A program made the position numbers and the translations under genes. Shown one piece after another: positions 29,092 to 32,000 of a stretch of 32,000 nucleotides of DNA. The notes below the pieces were generated by a model. The model was not told where the DNA came from. It ran no database searches and saw only the letters and a program-made list of their open reading frames with translations. The stretch is from positions 210,001-242,000 of the forward strand of contig OZ246420.1 in assembly GCA_965231145.1 (NCBI GenBank), read 5' to 3'. Source of the DNA: Candidatus Saccharimonadota bacterium. Its GTDB lineage: Bacteria > Patescibacteriota > Gracilibacteria > Absconditabacterales > Absconditicoccaceae. The stretch's first letter is position 1. Each line of letters opens with the position of its first letter.

Positions 29092-30069
29092 ATGCAGTTT
29101 GATGTTATCATCCCAACAAGAGGAGACATTCAAAATATTCTCAGGATCCTCTGAGCGATAGAGAAGCAAACGGTTATGCCGCAGCATATTTTTCTTATTG
29201 TCGATAAACACTTTTCTTCGGCCGATGAACTCAATGCTTTTGCCATGCAGGCATGTGGCGTCTTTTCTGATGCACTGACGAGCAGATTGAAGCCGGTAAA
29301 CAATATTGACTATGATTTTGTTGCGGGTAACGGAGCAAGCTATGTGAGAAACTATGGTATTAGCTTAGCGAAGTCAGAGTATGTCTATCTTCTTGATGAC
29401 GATAATACTTTTGGCGAAAGCTTCTTTGCTCATACGATTGATGAATGCGGATTGCTCAGTGAGAAGCAGGACGTATTGTACTCTCCAACAGTGATGTGGC
29501 GTGAAACGAGTCGCGTACAGTCAGTGGGTATAAGAACATTTCACTATCTGCTTGGCCGGCCGGAAGCTATGATCGGAGGTCGGAAGACAAAGCTTCTTGG
29601 AGCAATTCTCTGACCGCTTCTGCTCAAAGCTCGCAGCGATAACTATTTCTACTATCCACAGATGATTGGAGCAAATTCATTATTTGGAAAGAGGAGTTAT
29701 TTCAGAGAACTCAGATTTGATGAGCGTATGAAATTTGCATTTGAAGATCTCGATCTGACGCATAGATGGCAGCGTACGATAGGAGACATTGTGGTGAGTA
29801 AGCACAATAAGATTTACCATATGGAAAGAGATAAAACGAAGGCAGAGCAGTCGTTTATCGCGACACCGGAAGGTGTCTATGAGAAGACAAAAAATCGTAT
29901 CTTGTTCGTGAAGAGTAATGCTAAACGATGGCAGAAAATGTTATTTTTTTGATGTGGGTTATGGATTAACACTGTATGGTTTATTGTATTTATTCTCTTT
30001 GCTGGAAAGCAGAAAGGAAAATTGCTGTATGGATTAATGCGTGGGTTAAGAGATGGTTTTAGCCTGTAA
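29092..30069 (+). CDS. Family 2 glycosyltransferase with a C-terminal TM segment (325 aa)
   Basis: MQFDVIIPTRGD...IFLIVDK and YLLDDDN match the GT2 N-terminal and DxD pattern. Pieces 29176.. and 29662.. share one frame, joined by TGA 29611-29613. Further TGAs lie at 29152-29154 and 29950-29952. The gene ends TAA 30067-30069. Confidence 0.75.
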
Positions 30070-30077
30070 TAGATGTC

Positions 30078-30887
30078 ATGAGAGATCATAATCTGCAATT
30101 GCCTGACTATGAGGAGCTTCAACATATTCTCGATAAAGAAGCAGTCAGAGAAGTAACCGTAGAAAAACATAGTCTACATTATGTTAATTTTTCTCCGATT
30201 ATAGATTTCTGTACAGTAGTTGGTCTTTCTACAGACTACTTTACTCACCGACAAGAAAGAAAAGATTTGCAGGATCCACTTTTCTGGCAACAATTAAAAC
30301 AATTGGAGTCTGATTGTCTCGATGCATTGTGAAATTATAGCTGACCTCAAGAAGTTCTTGATAGGCTCTGGGATTATCTCTCTGAGGAAGATGCTGTACA
30401 AAAGGCTGATATGATCATGGTGTTTGGCGCGCCTTGAACATTGAGAATAGATAAGGCGATAGAACTCTATACTGCTGGATATGCAGAGAAAATATTACTC
30501 ACATGAAAAGGACCGGTTCGAGGAACCGCAGAGATCTCCGAAGCAGAAGCATGGCACGCATATGCTCTAGAAAAAGGTGTTCCAGCAGAAGCTATGCTAC
30601 TGGAGAAAAACTCGATCTCTATTCCTGACAATGTGAAGTCGAGCCTTAATATGCTTGATGCGTTGTATATGAATGTAAAATCTATGATTCTTGTAACGTC
30701 GCCTTATGCGCTGAGAAGAACATATTCTTATATGCAGAAATTTCTCCATACAAAAGTCGCTGTGTACAGACTAGCGGCAGGTTCAAAGTATACGAAAGAA
30801 AATTGGTATATGACCCCAGAAGGGCAGAAAGTAATTGTAAATGAGTATATCAAACTGAAAGTGAGTGAGCTGCTCAATACGGTCTAG
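30078..30887 (+). CDS. DUF218 (YdcF/ElyC/SanA-like) domain protein with an ~85-aa N-terminal extension (269 aa)
   Basis: ADMIMVFGAP-G-TLRIDKAIELYTAGYAEKILLT-G-KGP...SEAEAWHAYALEKGVPAEAMLLEKNSISIPDN...ILVTSPYALRR matches the DUF218 pattern. Pieces 30078.. and 30594.. share one frame, joined through four TGAs. The gene ends TAG 30885-30887. Confidence 0.7.
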
Positions 30888-31271
30888 CTATTCTACTTTC
30901 TCAAACGTCAGAGAAAGCTGGAATGCTTTGTTCTTTAGTGGTATGCTCATCTCGATTCGTAATCCACCGTATTTTGAAGATCGTTCAAGAAGATTTTTAT
31001 TGAGTAGTGGCTCCTCATAGCACTCAGGAGAAAGTTTGTAGTCTACATTGAAGAACATGCATTTTACTCTGTCAAATCTTTCTACTTGTACAAATACCTG
31101 GCAGGGCACGTGTTCAGGAAATGTGTCCTCATCAACGAGCTTTAGTCGTCACTCTTTTTTCCATAGCAAAATATGATGGGGCTCAACTATAAACTCATCA
31201 CAGCTAAACATCATCTTTTCGGCTGCCTTCGAAGCATCCAGATCGTAGAGGACTTGGAGAAACATACTCAT
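30888..31271 (-). CDS. Hypothetical protein (127 aa)
   Basis: ATG at 31271. One in-frame TGA joins it to the GTG-started track piece 30888..31109. The gene ends TAG (30888-30890), directly abutting the stop of the convergent DUF218 gene. Confidence 0.5.
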
Positions 31272-31273
31272 TC

Positions 31274-31308
31274 AATTACGAATTAATAATGACGAATTAC
31301 GAATGAAA
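31274..31308. repeat. Tandem heptamer array AATTACG AATTAAT AATGACG AATTACG AATGAAA (no inverted partner)
   Basis: Read directly. It fills the 45-nt spacer between the BI-1-like gene stop (31317) and the next minus-strand start (31271). Confidence 0.75.
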
Positions 31309-31316
31309 TAATGAAT

Positions 31317-32000
31317 TTATCTTCTTTTGCCGAAGAGGCTCAATAATCTTAAGAAAAGATTGATGAAGTCGAGATAGAGGGTGAGTGCGCCTATGATAGA
31401 CTCTTTGCGACCTTCGTCGGTTCATTCGTTTCCGATAATGTTCATCGCTTTGAGTCTTTGAGTATCGTATGCTGTCAGCCCGGTAAAGATAAGTACAGCG
31501 ATGATAGAAATAACGTAGTCGGCCGCAGCGCTTCTCATGAACATGTTGATAAGACTTGCGATGATGATCCCGAACAGTCCCATGATGAGTATGCGTCCCA
31601 TACCAGAAAGATCCTGCTTAGTGAAAAATCCATATAAGCTCATGGCTGCAAACATGCCTGCGGTGATAAAGAAGACCGATACGATAGATGTTGCTGTGTA
31701 GACGAGAAAAATAACCGATAGAGTTAATCCTGTAGTAAAACAGTAGAGGAGAAAGAGAAATGTTGCGGTAGATACAGCCATCTTTTTGATCCATCCGGCG
31801 AGGCTGATGACGAGCCCAAGTTCGATGATGATCAGCGCTATTATAATAATATTATTTGAAAATATCAGCTCATAGATAGCTGAGGTAGTCGCTACCAGAT
31901 ACGCAGTCAGTCACGAAATGATAAGCCCTCCGCACATCCATGCATATACCTGCTGGAAAAATCTGCTTGTCTCCCTTACTCTCTGGTGATCAGTAATAAT
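31317..32000 (-). CDS. BAX inhibitor-1/YccA family membrane protein; 5' end lies outside the window
   Basis: FFQQVYAWMCGGL...TAYDTQRLKAM...GALTLYLDFINLFLRLL are typical Bax1-I family motifs. Track piece 31422..31781 extends through TGA at 31422-31424 and 31911-31913. The gene ends TAA 31317-31319. The frame is still open at the window edge. Confidence 0.85.

Noticed and set aside
1-32000. TGA read as Trp (table 4) or as selenocysteine.
   Set aside because: The TGA positions match invariant glycines (GxGxxG, CGD, LGNPG, YGKG, VGGxVRD), not Trp. TGG is still used at conserved Trp positions. TGA is far too frequent and too widely spread across genes for Sec, and it does not fall at redox-active Cys/Sec sites (the trxB CAVC uses TGT).
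1-32000. tRNA, rRNA or other structured RNA genes in the intergenic spacers (9180-9343, 14636-14754, 19117-19244, 23475-23587, 25514-25677).
   Set aside because: No spacer shows a cloverleaf with a GTTCRANNC T-loop or rRNA-like conserved blocks. All are AT-rich promoter or leader-like sequence. Small ncRNAs cannot be excluded by eye.

Overview
This AT-rich 32-kb window only reads coherently if TGA is a sense codon for glycine (translation table 25, the code defined for SR1/Absconditabacteria and Gracilibacteria in the Patescibacteria/CPR). Under the standard code the ORF track splits nearly every gene. Same-frame pieces are separated only by TGA, the TGAs fall on universally conserved Gly positions, and every gene ends on TAA or TAG. 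After re-stitching I get 26 tightly packed genes. Recognisable ones are ileS, pth, infB, cca, rplI, mscL, lspA, trxB, a HIT hydrolase, an S41 C-terminal protease, a Na/Pi cotransporter with a PhoU-like tail, a BI-1/YccA membrane protein, a DUF305 lipoprotein, a GT2 glycosyltransferase, a DUF218 protein and a degenerate IscU/SufU-like protein. Less ordinary are an LtaS-like/GDPD fusion, an orphan ~1100-aa TraD/VirD4-like ATPase, a 3-gene operon of coiled-coil/basic hypothetical proteins, a Thr/Pro-rich membrane-anchored surface protein, and a TGA-rich hypothetical gene hidden between infB and pth. I found no rRNA, tRNA, CRISPR, transposase or integrase. The signal that gene annotation does not explain is a family of 7-nt-phased degenerate repeats. 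At five gene 3' ends an array of heptamer words faces its own reverse-complement array, giving long imperfect hairpins that can pair in more than one register. The same words (AAAGAGC, GCAnnTA/CTAGCA, AATTCAn) also occur as in-frame tandem arrays inside ORFs, at lineage-specific insertions in cca and the IscU-like gene. All calls come from manual translation and motif recognition only. No database search was run.
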